Shown one piece after another: positions 48,219 through 56,337 of a DNA stretch of 64,000 nt. Position 1 is the first letter of the stretch, and the number at the start of each line of letters is the position of its first letter. Source of the DNA: Candidatus Nanoarchaeia archaeon. GTDB lineage: Archaea; Nanobdellota; Nanobdellia; SCGC-AAA011-G17; JAUYJU01. The translations under genes and the position numbers were made by a program. Where the stretch lies: NCBI GenBank assembly GCA_030700155.1, contig JAUYJU010000027.1, forward strand, positions 75,484 through 139,483. The letters are read 5' to 3'. Below the pieces are notes generated by a model. The model had not been told where the DNA came from and did not search any database. It saw only the letters and a program-made list of their open reading frames with translations.

Positions 48219-49212
48219 TTTTAATCACTTTAGCAAGCTCGTCTGCAATCTGTTTAGGATCTACTTCTTCAACCCTAGAAGTCATAAATTCAATTCTATT
48301 AAACATCTCATTCTTATTCGCTCTTCCAAAGATAAGAAATTGCTTTCCAAGTAAATCGTTTTTAATAGTCTCAAAATTAGCAGTTTTCACAACCCCTGTA
48401 TTCATGCCTAAAATTTTTTCAGCTTGATCCCTGAAAGCAACGCATCTTAAATTAGCAGTTCCATCATCTAAAAAGAAGTTCAAAACAGCAGCTTCTCCTT
48501 TTTCAGTTTCACCATGTTGTTTACAAATTGCTTTTCCATTTTCTAGAGTAACTTTTTTTCCACATTGAGTGCAATTATCATAAAACCTCGGTTCAAATAT
48601 TTGAGTAATAGTTCCTATGACACCTGCAGCATCTCCTGAATTAAGATCTTTCAATAACTTTCTCTCAAAGTTAGGAGCACTTCCAGCTTCTTTTACAGTT
48701 CCAATAGTTATTCCCTCAGGATTAACTTCAATTTCACCTTGATTTCCAACATTAACTTCATTAAAACCATTATTATTCTTAACATAACCATTCTTTACCC
48801 TTACAACAACATCTTCTTTTATATCTCCATTTTCCATCTTAGAAATCAAATTTGTATCCCACATAACTACCCTGACTCTTCCAGTTTCATCTCCTATCAA
48901 AAAACTAGCAACTTTTCCAGATCTTCCATTCTTATTAAACTCAAATACTCTATACAATTTCAAAACCTTGCCAGCAACAATAACAGACCTCATTCCAGAA
49001 ACCAATCTCTCAATTTTAATCTCTCTTTTATTTAAAGGATCAAGTAATTTAACACCTAATTCATTAGCAACAATATGCGCGGCACCCTCTTTAGAAATAA
49101 GATCTGATAATTTTGTTAATTTTTCCTTGACTTTTTCTTTAATTTGGTCTTCGGAAAGGCCTTTTTCCTCTTTTATTTTACCCACAATTTCGTCATAAGA
49201 CAATTGTAACAT
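48208..49212 (-). CDS. rpa: Replication protein A large subunit (OB-folds + Zn finger)
   Basis: GKVASFLIGDETGRVRVVMW; CTQC..CKQH; LDDGTANLRCVAF. Confidence 0.88.
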   Translation of the reverse strand: MLQLSYDEIVGKIKEEKGLSEDQIKEKVKEKLTKLSDLISKEGAAHIVANELGVKLLDPLNKREIKIERLVSGMRSVIVAGKVLKLYRVFEFNKNGRSGKVASFLIGDETGRVRVVMWDTNLISKMENGDIKEDVVVRVKNGYVKNNNGFNEVNVGNQGEIEVNPEGITIGTVKEAGSAPNFERKLLKDLNSGDAAGVIGTITQIFEPRFYDNCTQCGKKVTLENGKAICKQHGETEKGEAAVLNFFLDDGTANLRCVAFRDQAEKILGMNTGVVKTANFETIKNDLLGKQFLIFGRANKNEMFNRIEFMTSRVEEVDPKQIADELAKVIKIDV

Positions 49213-49240
49213 TAAATCCCCCTCTTAATTTCAAATTATT

Positions 49241-50050
49241 TTATCTCGCTGATATTTTTAAAAACGGTGACTTATTTAAATCTATCGCAAATCTATAGTC
49301 TATATTACCGATAAACGCAGTATCTACTTTTGAGTTAACTATAAAAATTACAACTCCATCTTCTTTATCAAAAGACCACTTGAAATCTCTCTCTAAATCA
49401 GGTTTTATTTTATCCTTACATAAGTTATAGGCAGATTTTTCAGGATTGAACAACAAATTCTCTTTTCCAACAGCACTTCTTATACAACTCATAAAATTCT
49501 CTTCATATAATTGCGAGATAATTCGCTTATAATCCTCCAAATAAGTATTTATTTTTACCTTAAAATTTGGTTTGATTTCATAATTTACTTTATAATCAGC
49601 AGTTTTTCTTAATTTTAATGGTTGATTTGATTCTCCAATAATGAAAGCGTCGTCTTTCTCGTATATCAGGCTAAATTTAGAAAATTCAGGCACTACAAAA
49701 TAATTTTTTTCTGTTAATTTCTTGAATTCTTCAGCGAACTGTTTTTCAAAAACACCATTATAGGCTTGGATTGGATCACATTCATTGATTAAAGTCCAGC
49801 TTTCACAATCAACAACACCATTTTCAGCTAAACTTTTAACAGTATTATATCCTGCAAACTTAGCCAACTGATCAATGTAAAACATTTTTTGTTCTCCTTC
49901 TATTTGTAATTTAACAATGTCTGTTTGTAATATTCCAAGTGTTACTGTTGCCGGTTGATTTGCAGCAGAATAGACAGCAAAAGCTGCGTAAATCATTAAA
50001 ATAATTCCAAAGATATTCACTAATGGGAGTAATATTCCTTTTTTATTCAT
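49241..50050 (-). CDS. Pilin-like protein with class III signal peptide
   Basis: MNKKG|ILLPL followed by a hydrophobic helix and a soluble domain. Confidence 0.65.
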   Translation of the reverse strand: MNKKGILLPLVNIFGIILMIYAAFAVYSAANQPATVTLGILQTDIVKLQIEGEQKMFYIDQLAKFAGYNTVKSLAENGVVDCESWTLINECDPIQAYNGVFEKQFAEEFKKLTEKNYFVVPEFSKFSLIYEKDDAFIIGESNQPLKLRKTADYKVNYEIKPNFKVKINTYLEDYKRIISQLYEENFMSCIRSAVGKENLLFNPEKSAYNLCKDKIKPDLERDFKWSFDKEDGVVIFIVNSKVDTAFIGNIDYRFAIDLNKSPFLKISAR

Positions 50051-50054
50051 ATTC

Positions 50055-50558
50055 TCACTCTAATCTATAAAAATCGATTTTAATTGGTTTTTCACTTTCA
50101 TAATTAGGTATCAACTGTTCAGCATACCAAGCCGAATCCTTTCCAGAGAGACTTATAAATTTTTGAACATCATTTACTGTATAACTATATCCACTATAAA
50201 TCTCTTCAAAATTATGTATCTCAAATAATTGTTTGCCTTCACTATCTAAAACAAACATAATCCATTCAAAATCCGGTTTAAAATTAGCTTCTGTATACAT
50301 TTTAAAAAGTTCAAAATCATTAGTATTTACAGAATCAGCAACTAAATCAGAAACAGTTTTTTCATCGTTAACATATGTCATCATATAAACTAATAGCTCC
50401 TCTCTTGCCTCTATCTCAGGTCCAAATCTGCCTATAACTTCTTGTTTATCCCCACCATAGAACAAGCTTAGTAGAGCAAATATTATAACAGCAACTGCAA
50501 TAAATAATATACTTGTAAATATATCAGCAAATTCTTCCTGGCCTTTTTTGTTAAGCAT
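50055..50558 (-). CDS. Pilin-like protein (likely start ATG 50558)
   Basis: MLNKKG|QEEFADIF followed by a hydrophobic helix. Confidence 0.65.
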   Translation of the reverse strand: MLNKKGQEEFADIFTSILFIAVAVIIFALLSLFYGGDKQEVIGRFGPEIEAREELLVYMMTYVNDEKTVSDLVADSVNTNDFELFKMYTEANFKPDFEWIMFVLDSEGKQLFEIHNFEEIYSGYSYTVNDVQKFISLSGKDSAWYAEQLIPNYESEKPIKIDFYRLE

Positions 50559-51009
50559 TTTGTAGCACCGCATTTATCTTGAGTTTTCCTTTTTGAAACC
50601 CTTCCTCATAAACTAGGATATTTTTTTCATAATTAAGACATTCATAATTCTTAAAATCACAAAGCCTCTTATTCACAAGATGAACTTTCTCATTATTATA
50701 AACACTCAGGGTTTTATCACCATAAGTTAACGCAAATTCTGCAGAAAATCTGCTCAATCTTATACATTCATCAAAAGTTTTTGTGTTAAATTTTTTAACA
50801 TCAATAATTAATGGTCTTTCCCTCACATCTTCATAAGCAAAACAAGAGTAGAGTGCTTTCTTCACTAAAGTATTTATTTCAATTTCACCAGCATTTACTT
50901 CTCTACTAACATCCAAAGCTAGAATCATCAAAATCATTCCAGTAACAAATAATAAATAAAAGATTCTAGCAATCATATATACGGTTTCTTTGGTAGTAAT
51001 TGCTGGCAT
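50551..51009 (-). CDS. Minor pilin-like protein (likely start ATG 51009)
   Basis: MPA|ITTKE (Glu at +5) then a TM helix; no basic leader; paired Cys. Confidence 0.55.
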   Translation of the reverse strand: MPAITTKETVYMIARIFYLLFVTGMILMILALDVSREVNAGEIEINTLVKKALYSCFAYEDVRERPLIIDVKKFNTKTFDECIRLSRFSAEFALTYGDKTLSVYNNEKVHLVNKRLCDFKNYECLNYEKNILVYEEGFQKGKLKINAVLQNA

Positions 51010-51010
51010 T

Positions 51011-51355
51011 TTAGATTTTTGTAATCTCCAGATCATAAGATCCTATTTTTTTTATATTAATATTATAATCCGTAGGTGCATAACTGTAGAGCACAGGAGT
51101 TTCTTTTCTTACAGCCACAGTTCCTTCAGCAACAGCAACATTAAACTCATATTTCATTGGATAATAAACAGTTACTTTTCCAGTGTCATATAAATTAATA
51201 GCCATTGCTATATCTCTAGAAATATAAGTCTGATGAAAAACTTCTCCTTTTGCTTCTCCATTTATTTTGCCAAATAAAGTAACAATAATAATGGCAGCAA
51301 ATATCATAAAAGCTATGTAAATTATAGTTCTCTCTTCCACACCTCTTTTATTCAT
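51011..51355 (-). CDS. Pilin-like protein (likely start ATG 51355)
   Basis: MNKRG|VEERT followed by a hydrophobic helix. Confidence 0.65.
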   Translation of the reverse strand: MNKRGVEERTIIYIAFMIFAAIIIVTLFGKINGEAKGEVFHQTYISRDIAMAINLYDTGKVTVYYPMKYEFNVAVAEGTVAVRKETPVLYSYAPTDYNINIKKIGSYDLEITKI

Positions 51356-51360
51356 CAACA

Positions 51361-52062
51361 TTATACAAGTTCTGCTTTCAGTTTACTATATCTTTCAATA
51401 TTAGCTTTAATCTGTTCATTAGTAGCATGTTCATTTATATAAACATAAATCGCATCTTCACCTTTAAAGACCTCTAAGTAAAGTCTTGTAGAACCCAAAT
51501 CAGGTTCTCCGATATCACATTCGCTCCCATATAAAAAAAGAGCTTCATATTCTTGATTTCCAGTTAAAGGATGTTTAACACTCATTTTTGCACCAGCAAA
51601 TCCACCTTGCATGGAGTCATCACTTGGTGCTAAAAAAATAATTTTTTCATCAAAATCTAAACAATCCTCTGGTGGATGCTGATCTCTATCAAAATCCCCT
51701 CCCGCTTTAGTTGCAGTATGTAAACATAAGCCAGCTTTCCCAAAAAGTTGAGGTGGTTTAGTTGCTGGTTCACCAGTACACATAGTTACTTCCAAATCCC
51801 TATTATGATTATATCCAACTAAAATTAACCCATCTTGCAAATAAAAAGCACGTGGATTTTCTAAATTAGAAATAAATGGTTCAGCTTTCTCAATTAATGC
51901 TCCTACGGCAGCCCACAAACCATGAAAATTATTTACAGAACCTTCATCAACAACAAATTCAAACAACCCCATAAAACCCATGCCAATGGCAAGTGAAGCA
52001 AGAGTTATTATAACTCCTAAAATTATCCCAATAATTGCTGAAGGAGTTAAGTTTATAGCCAT
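51361..52062 (-). CDS. Pilin/adhesin-like membrane-anchored protein
   Basis: N-terminal hydrophobic helix without a basic leader; Cys-containing exported domain; own TATA at 52086-52093. Confidence 0.55.
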   Translation of the reverse strand: MAINLTPSAIIGIILGVIITLASLAIGMGFMGLFEFVVDEGSVNNFHGLWAAVGALIEKAEPFISNLENPRAFYLQDGLILVGYNHNRDLEVTMCTGEPATKPPQLFGKAGLCLHTATKAGGDFDRDQHPPEDCLDFDEKIIFLAPSDDSMQGGFAGAKMSVKHPLTGNQEYEALFLYGSECDIGEPDLGSTRLYLEVFKGEDAIYVYINEHATNEQIKANIERYSKLKAELV

Positions 52063-52102
52063 TAGATAATAAACTCAAAAAGAACTATATAAAGTTTTAG
52101 TC

Positions 52103-52483
52103 TTAAGCTGCAGGTTGAACAGTTTCTTGAGCTTTACAAATATCTCCACAAGTTACTCCAAGCTCTTCACAAAAAACTCCAATTTCGTCATCGCCTTCTA
52201 CTTTACCATCATTATCCCTATCTATATCAAAATCAGCTGTACAAAATGCAGATTTTGAAGGATCAGGTAACAATTTAGCTTGATCACATCTCTGATGGCA
52301 AGTCTCAACTGCAATTACTTCACTAGTACCGGCAGTTGTTCCATAGAAAACTTCTCTTACAGTTTTTGTTAGACCCGCTGTTCCACCTAAAAAGAATGTA
52401 ACAACAACGATTAACACAAGAACTACCAAAATACCAAGAATTACAGTATTTAATGTCAGATCTACACCCTTTTTATTCATCAT
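52103..52483 (-). CDS. Candidate major pilin
   Basis: MNKKG|VDLTLNTVILGILVVLVLIVVV; six Cys; DRDNDG loop; own TATA at 52504-52511. Confidence 0.72.
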   Translation of the reverse strand: MMNKKGVDLTLNTVILGILVVLVLIVVVTFFLGGTAGLTKTVREVFYGTTAGTSEVIAVETCHQRCDQAKLLPDPSKSAFCTADFDIDRDNDGKVEGDDEIGVFCEELGVTCGDICKAQETVQPAA

Positions 52484-52718
52484 ATATTCTAAGTTTTAAC
52501 GTATTTATAAAGGTTATGGTGGGAATTAAAAGAAAAATAGCCATAGGCTCAATATCTAAAGGTGGTAAATCTTCAGGAATAACATTTTCTCGCAATTCAC
52601 TTAATTTTTGTGTCTGAGACCTGAATTGGGTACTAAAAATAAATATAACTGCTAATAAAACAATTAAAACAATCATCCATTTTACAACGGTTTCGAATTG
52701 CATGCCTTTTTTATCCAT
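52473..52718 (-). CDS. Short pilin-like protein
   Basis: MDKKG|MQFETVVKWMIVLIVLL. Confidence 0.65.
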   Translation of the reverse strand: MDKKGMQFETVVKWMIVLIVLLAVIFIFSTQFRSQTQKLSELRENVIPEDLPPLDIEPMAIFLLIPTITFINTLKLRIYDE

Positions 52719-52719
52719 T

Positions 52720-52842
52720 TTAACCTACATTGAACCAATTCAAAAAGATTTCTTTTAAAACATTTATTTCCTTTACAATAAAAAATAAAGCTATAACAAC
52801 AATTACCATAATTACTATCTTTGCAACAGTTTCAAATTCCAT
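52720..52842 (-). CDS. 40-aa micro-pilin-like ORF without leader (not in ORF track)
   Basis: GGAGGT SD; MEFETVAKIVIMVIVVIALFFIVKEINVLKEIFLNWFNVG*; resembles the mature N-terminus MQFETVVK of the next gene. Confidence 0.6.
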   Translation of the reverse strand: MEFETVAKIVIMVIVVIALFFIVKEINVLKEIFLNWFNVG

Positions 52843-52985
52843 TAAAATAACCTCCATATCTTAGAGGCAATATCCATTGCTCTTTCCCTCATAGCATAAA
52901 CAAATAGTATAGCCACTATCAAAACAAGTAACATAATCATCAGCATTCCAATATTATCCCAAATCCAATTAGCTTTTTTATCCAT
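52842..52985 (-). CDS. 47-aa micro-pilin-like ORF (not in ORF track)
   Basis: MDKKA|NWIWDNIGMLMIMLLVLIVAILFVYAMRERAMDIASKIWRLF*. Confidence 0.65.
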   Translation of the reverse strand: MDKKANWIWDNIGMLMIMLLVLIVAILFVYAMRERAMDIASKIWRLF

Positions 52986-52986
52986 T

Positions 52987-54012
52987 TTAATTCACAATTA
53001 TATCACATAACTTTGTTTCAACTTCATTATCTCCATCTTTTATTTTAATTTTTTGGTCAAATGCCCCCTCAGAAGGTAAAACAGAAATTCCACCAACACC
53101 TTTACATTTTGGACAATCAGCAAATGCTTTTGAAGCTGAAGTATAAATCGCATAACCTCCAGAGAATGCTGCAAATGCTGCACCTCCGCCCATCGCAGCA
53201 ATCATACCATAACCAGCAGAAGTTGCTCCAAATACAGCTAAAGTCAATCCACCTGTTAAGATAGCAGATCCAACTAAAACAATTCCTCCAGCAATAGCTA
53301 AACCATAAACATTAGCAGAAGATTTTGATTCTGGTTTATACATATTTACTAACACAGACGTACCTGGTAAAATTATTGAAGTTTCATCTGCATTTTTAGC
53401 CGCTTCCAAATCTCCTCTCTCAGCCCTATAAAATAATTCATAGTAACTATCTTCTTTTCCACTTGGAGAGTGAGTCATTAAATAAGAGGTCATACCTTTA
53501 ATCGACCTTTGATTTACAATTTCTTTAATCTTAGTTTCATCCATGCCTGGTTTAATTCCGCTAGTCATCCAAGCTTTCAAATCGTCATCAAATAAAACAG
53601 TATCACAAATTAAACAATAAGATAATCCATCATCATCCCAATTTGAAAAGGGGTCTATTTTTCCAGCACCAACTTTATTCCAGCAACTTAACATGGCATC
53701 TGCAATAATTTGATGCGCTGCATCTTGATCTATTTTATCACCAGTAACAACATCGGCTTTCTTAATCATTAATTCATTTCTTGAGCAATCTAACTTCACT
53801 GTTGGTCTACCTGTGCCTTTTACAGTCGGTATATCCTTGCTTCTAGAAGCAGCTTCAATGCTTTGTCTGCAACTAAATTCTTCTCCTTTTCCACCAACGC
53901 CCTCATACAGAAAAACTACAACCAATATTAAAACAACTGCGCTAATTAAAACAATTATTAACATCCCAACATTTTCAAATTCCCATGCACCTTTTTTATT
54001 TAAGTATGACAT
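52987..54012 (-). CDS. Large pilin-like protein with Cys-rich domain and an internal Gly/Ala-rich hydrophobic hairpin
   Basis: NKKG|AWEFE (Glu at +5); C..S; CW; YCLIC; C-terminal GLAIAGG..GGYAIY hydrophobic segment. Confidence 0.7.
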   Translation of the reverse strand: MSYLNKKGAWEFENVGMLIIVLISAVVLILVVVFLYEGVGGKGEEFSCRQSIEAASRSKDIPTVKGTGRPTVKLDCSRNELMIKKADVVTGDKIDQDAAHQIIADAMLSCWNKVGAGKIDPFSNWDDDGLSYCLICDTVLFDDDLKAWMTSGIKPGMDETKIKEIVNQRSIKGMTSYLMTHSPSGKEDSYYELFYRAERGDLEAAKNADETSIILPGTSVLVNMYKPESKSSANVYGLAIAGGIVLVGSAILTGGLTLAVFGATSAGYGMIAAMGGGAAFAAFSGGYAIYTSASKAFADCPKCKGVGGISVLPSEGAFDQKIKIKDGDNEVETKLCDIIVN

Positions 54013-54094
54013 TTTTAATAATCATGTAAGCTAAGATGACAAAAACTAATACCAATATTAGAACTACTATTTCTTGCATCTGCCCCTTTTTCAT
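53996..54094 (-). CDS. 32-aa micro-pilin-like ORF (not in ORF track)
   Basis: MKKG|QMQEIVVLILVLVFVILAYMIIKNVILK*; first ORF after a TATA-like CCTTAAAT near 54118-54125. Confidence 0.6.
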   Translation of the reverse strand: MKKGQMQEIVVLILVLVFVILAYMIIKNVILK

Positions 54095-54167
54095 TATTTA
54101 ACATCTCTTTCCTTGATATTTAAGGTTTTCCAATAAATTTAAATATACACTAAGGCCTATTTCAAAT

Positions 54168-54755
54168 ATGCCTAAAAAGAGTATTTCTAGAAAGGATGGT
54201 ATTAAAGAGATTACAAAATTAGAGAGAGAACAGATACAACTAGAAAAACAACAGTTACAAGAACAAAAAAAGATGCAAGTTCTTGAAAAAAGACAGTTAG
54301 AAGAGCTTGCAAAATTGGAAAAATTAGAAAAAGAGATAAGGTCAGAAGTAAGACCTCATCCCCTAAGAGATATAACTTATAGAGATTTAATAAAAGCAAC
54401 TATAGGTTCAATTGTAGGTATGGTTGCTCACTTCACTTTTATAGAAGGAGTCCATATAGCAGAAACAATTACAATTGCAAGAGCATCTATACTTTACCTT
54501 TTATCTTTCTTCCTTGGCGGTTCATTGTTGTACCTAACAGGTTTTAGAAAAGTTAAACAAAAATTAGTTTTAAAGATACTTCCTCTAAGATTAACAGTAA
54601 TCTATTTAACTGCGTTAGTCTGGATAGTTTTAGTGTTATTCACATTCGGAATTGTAGATTTAACAACACAATTCAATGAGATATATAAACAAGTCGCTGT
54701 AATCTCTATAATAGCAGTTATTGGAGCATCAGCAGCTGATTTAATTGGAGAATAA
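54168..54755 (+). CDS. DUF2391-like four-TM protein with N-terminal coiled coil
   Basis: Q/E/K-rich N-terminus; RDLIKATIGS; C-terminal IGASAADLI. Confidence 0.65.
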   Translation: MPKKSISRKDGIKEITKLEREQIQLEKQQLQEQKKMQVLEKRQLEELAKLEKLEKEIRSEVRPHPLRDITYRDLIKATIGSIVGMVAHFTFIEGVHIAETITIARASILYLLSFFLGGSLLYLTGFRKVKQKLVLKILPLRLTVIYLTALVWIVLVLFTFGIVDLTTQFNEIYKQVAVISIIAVIGASAADLIGE

Positions 54756-54756
54756 A

Positions 54757-55050
54757 ATGATAACAGCAGAATTACAAAAGATAAAACAATTGAAAAAAAG
54801 TTTTCACGATGAGTTACTGGAACTTTTAGCAGCAATAATTAGGATTATTGAAACTAAGGGAGAAGTCAACGAAGCTTATATCAACAAAGCAAAAAAAGCA
54901 GCAGAGGGTTTAAGGAAAATATACCAACTAGAAGAAAATACAATAAAAGAAAGAACATTAAAATTACTTCTAATCTATCTCAAAAGAAAAGATATAGAAA
55001 AATTAGAAAGTGAATTATCTAATATTCTCGATATAATAAAAAAATATTAA
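54757..55050 (+). CDS. Helical hypothetical protein (likely start ATG 54757)
   Basis: GGAG SD at 54747-54750; K/E/L-rich. Confidence 0.5.
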   Translation: MITAELQKIKQLKKSFHDELLELLAAIIRIIETKGEVNEAYINKAKKAAEGLRKIYQLEENTIKERTLKLLLIYLKRKDIEKLESELSNILDIIKKY

Positions 55051-55475
55051 ATTGGTAACTTCAAAGTTCCAGCAACAAAGGGTTCTAAGAATGGCCAAAT
55101 ATAAGGTGAAGTTGTTATCAAAATTGCAATAACAAAACTATGTGCCCATGTTTCTCCTATAGAAGGTCCTAAACCACTTGATTTTATTACCGCAGCTGCT
55201 GCATGAACTTTAACCATAGCAAGTAAACCAATTGCAATTCTTATTATTAATATATTAGAAAGGATAGGTATTGTTTCTAATCCAGGGATCACTGAATAGA
55301 TAAAATCAACATTCATAGCTAAAAACACAAAGAACATTGTAACCAATAATGCATGCCACCCATGTTTTAACCAATGACTTCCTCTAAAAGCTTCATCTTT
55401 ATGAACTAAAAACATCTCATATAATCCAATTACTAATCCAATGTATACTGCAGGTAAAAAAATAAATTCAGCCAT
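55047..55475 (-). CDS. Multi-TM membrane protein of the pilus locus
   Basis: FIFLPAVYIGLVIGLYE..HKDEAFRGSHW; four hydrophobic segments. Confidence 0.65.
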   Translation of the reverse strand: MAEFIFLPAVYIGLVIGLYEMFLVHKDEAFRGSHWLKHGWHALLVTMFFVFLAMNVDFIYSVIPGLETIPILSNILIIRIAIGLLAMVKVHAAAAVIKSSGLGPSIGETWAHSFVIAILITTSPYIWPFLEPFVAGTLKLPI

Positions 55476-55479
55476 TATC

Positions 55480-55695
55480 TCACTCCTTAAATCCTAGCAT
55501 TTTAGCTATTTTATTTCTCTCTCCATTCCCTGAAGAAAACAATCCAATCAAAGCAACTAATACACCAAGAACCATTAAAGTATATTGGTAATTTTGTCCT
55601 GAAGTTGGAATCATACTAGGTACTAATCCTGGAAATAGTGGCAAAGCTGCTACAATCACTACCAACACTCCTAAAATAAATATTAATTTATTCAT
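55480..55695 (-). CDS. Small two-TM protein
   Basis: 71 aa, two hydrophobic helices, translationally coupled to neighbours. Confidence 0.6.
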   Translation of the reverse strand: MNKLIFILGVLVVIVAALPLFPGLVPSMIPTSGQNYQYTLMVLGVLVALIGLFSSGNGERNKIAKMLGFKE

Positions 55696-56312
55696 TTTGA
55701 ACCTTTCAACCCGAATTTTTTAATTCCCCCTATAATCAATGCTACTATTGCAATTATAAAGACACCACCCATAAAATCAGATTGTGTAAACCTATTCAAT
55801 AAATCACTAATAAATCCAACATTTCCAAAATAACTGGATAACATATTAGCCAACCATATCACGCTTATAGCTGCTAAGGATCCAGCAATTAAATTACTTT
55901 TAACTAGATTATCTTTAACGATTCTAAACACAAGCAAACCACATAAGATAATCAATACTGTTACAGCCCAAGGTCCAGCAATATCTAATAATTTAAAATT
56001 TTGTCTTGCTTCAAATAATAATAAAGAAGCCGTCATAAACAATCCAATTCCAATATACAAAGGTTTGTGACTTTCTTCTTTGAAAACCATGCTTCCTAAT
56101 CCAAAAAATATAAATCCAAAGATTATAGCATCAATAAATAAGTGATATTTATCATAGATAGATTCAAAATCAAAACCACTTCCAAAACCACCATAATACC
56201 AAGGCTTATATTGTGGTTGTGGATACTGTTCATATTCATAAGGATAATATTCAGCGCTTACACTTCCTATTAAAAGAACTAAAAATAATAAATAAATCCA
56301 GCCTCTTTTCAT
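55692..56312 (-). CDS. Multi-TM protein; paralogue of the N-terminal domain of 56338-58497
   Basis: Shared VSAEYYP, SIY..FIDA.I, YIG..LF, AG.W, GG.KKFGLK. Confidence 0.7.
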   Translation of the reverse strand: MKRGWIYLLFLVLLIGSVSAEYYPYEYEQYPQPQYKPWYYGGFGSGFDFESIYDKYHLFIDAIIFGFIFFGLGSMVFKEESHKPLYIGIGLFMTASLLLFEARQNFKLLDIAGPWAVTVLIILCGLLVFRIVKDNLVKSNLIAGSLAAISVIWLANMLSSYFGNVGFISDLLNRFTQSDFMGGVFIIAIVALIIGGIKKFGLKGSK

Positions 56313-56337
56313 ATCTAGAACTACAGTTTAAAGGTAT

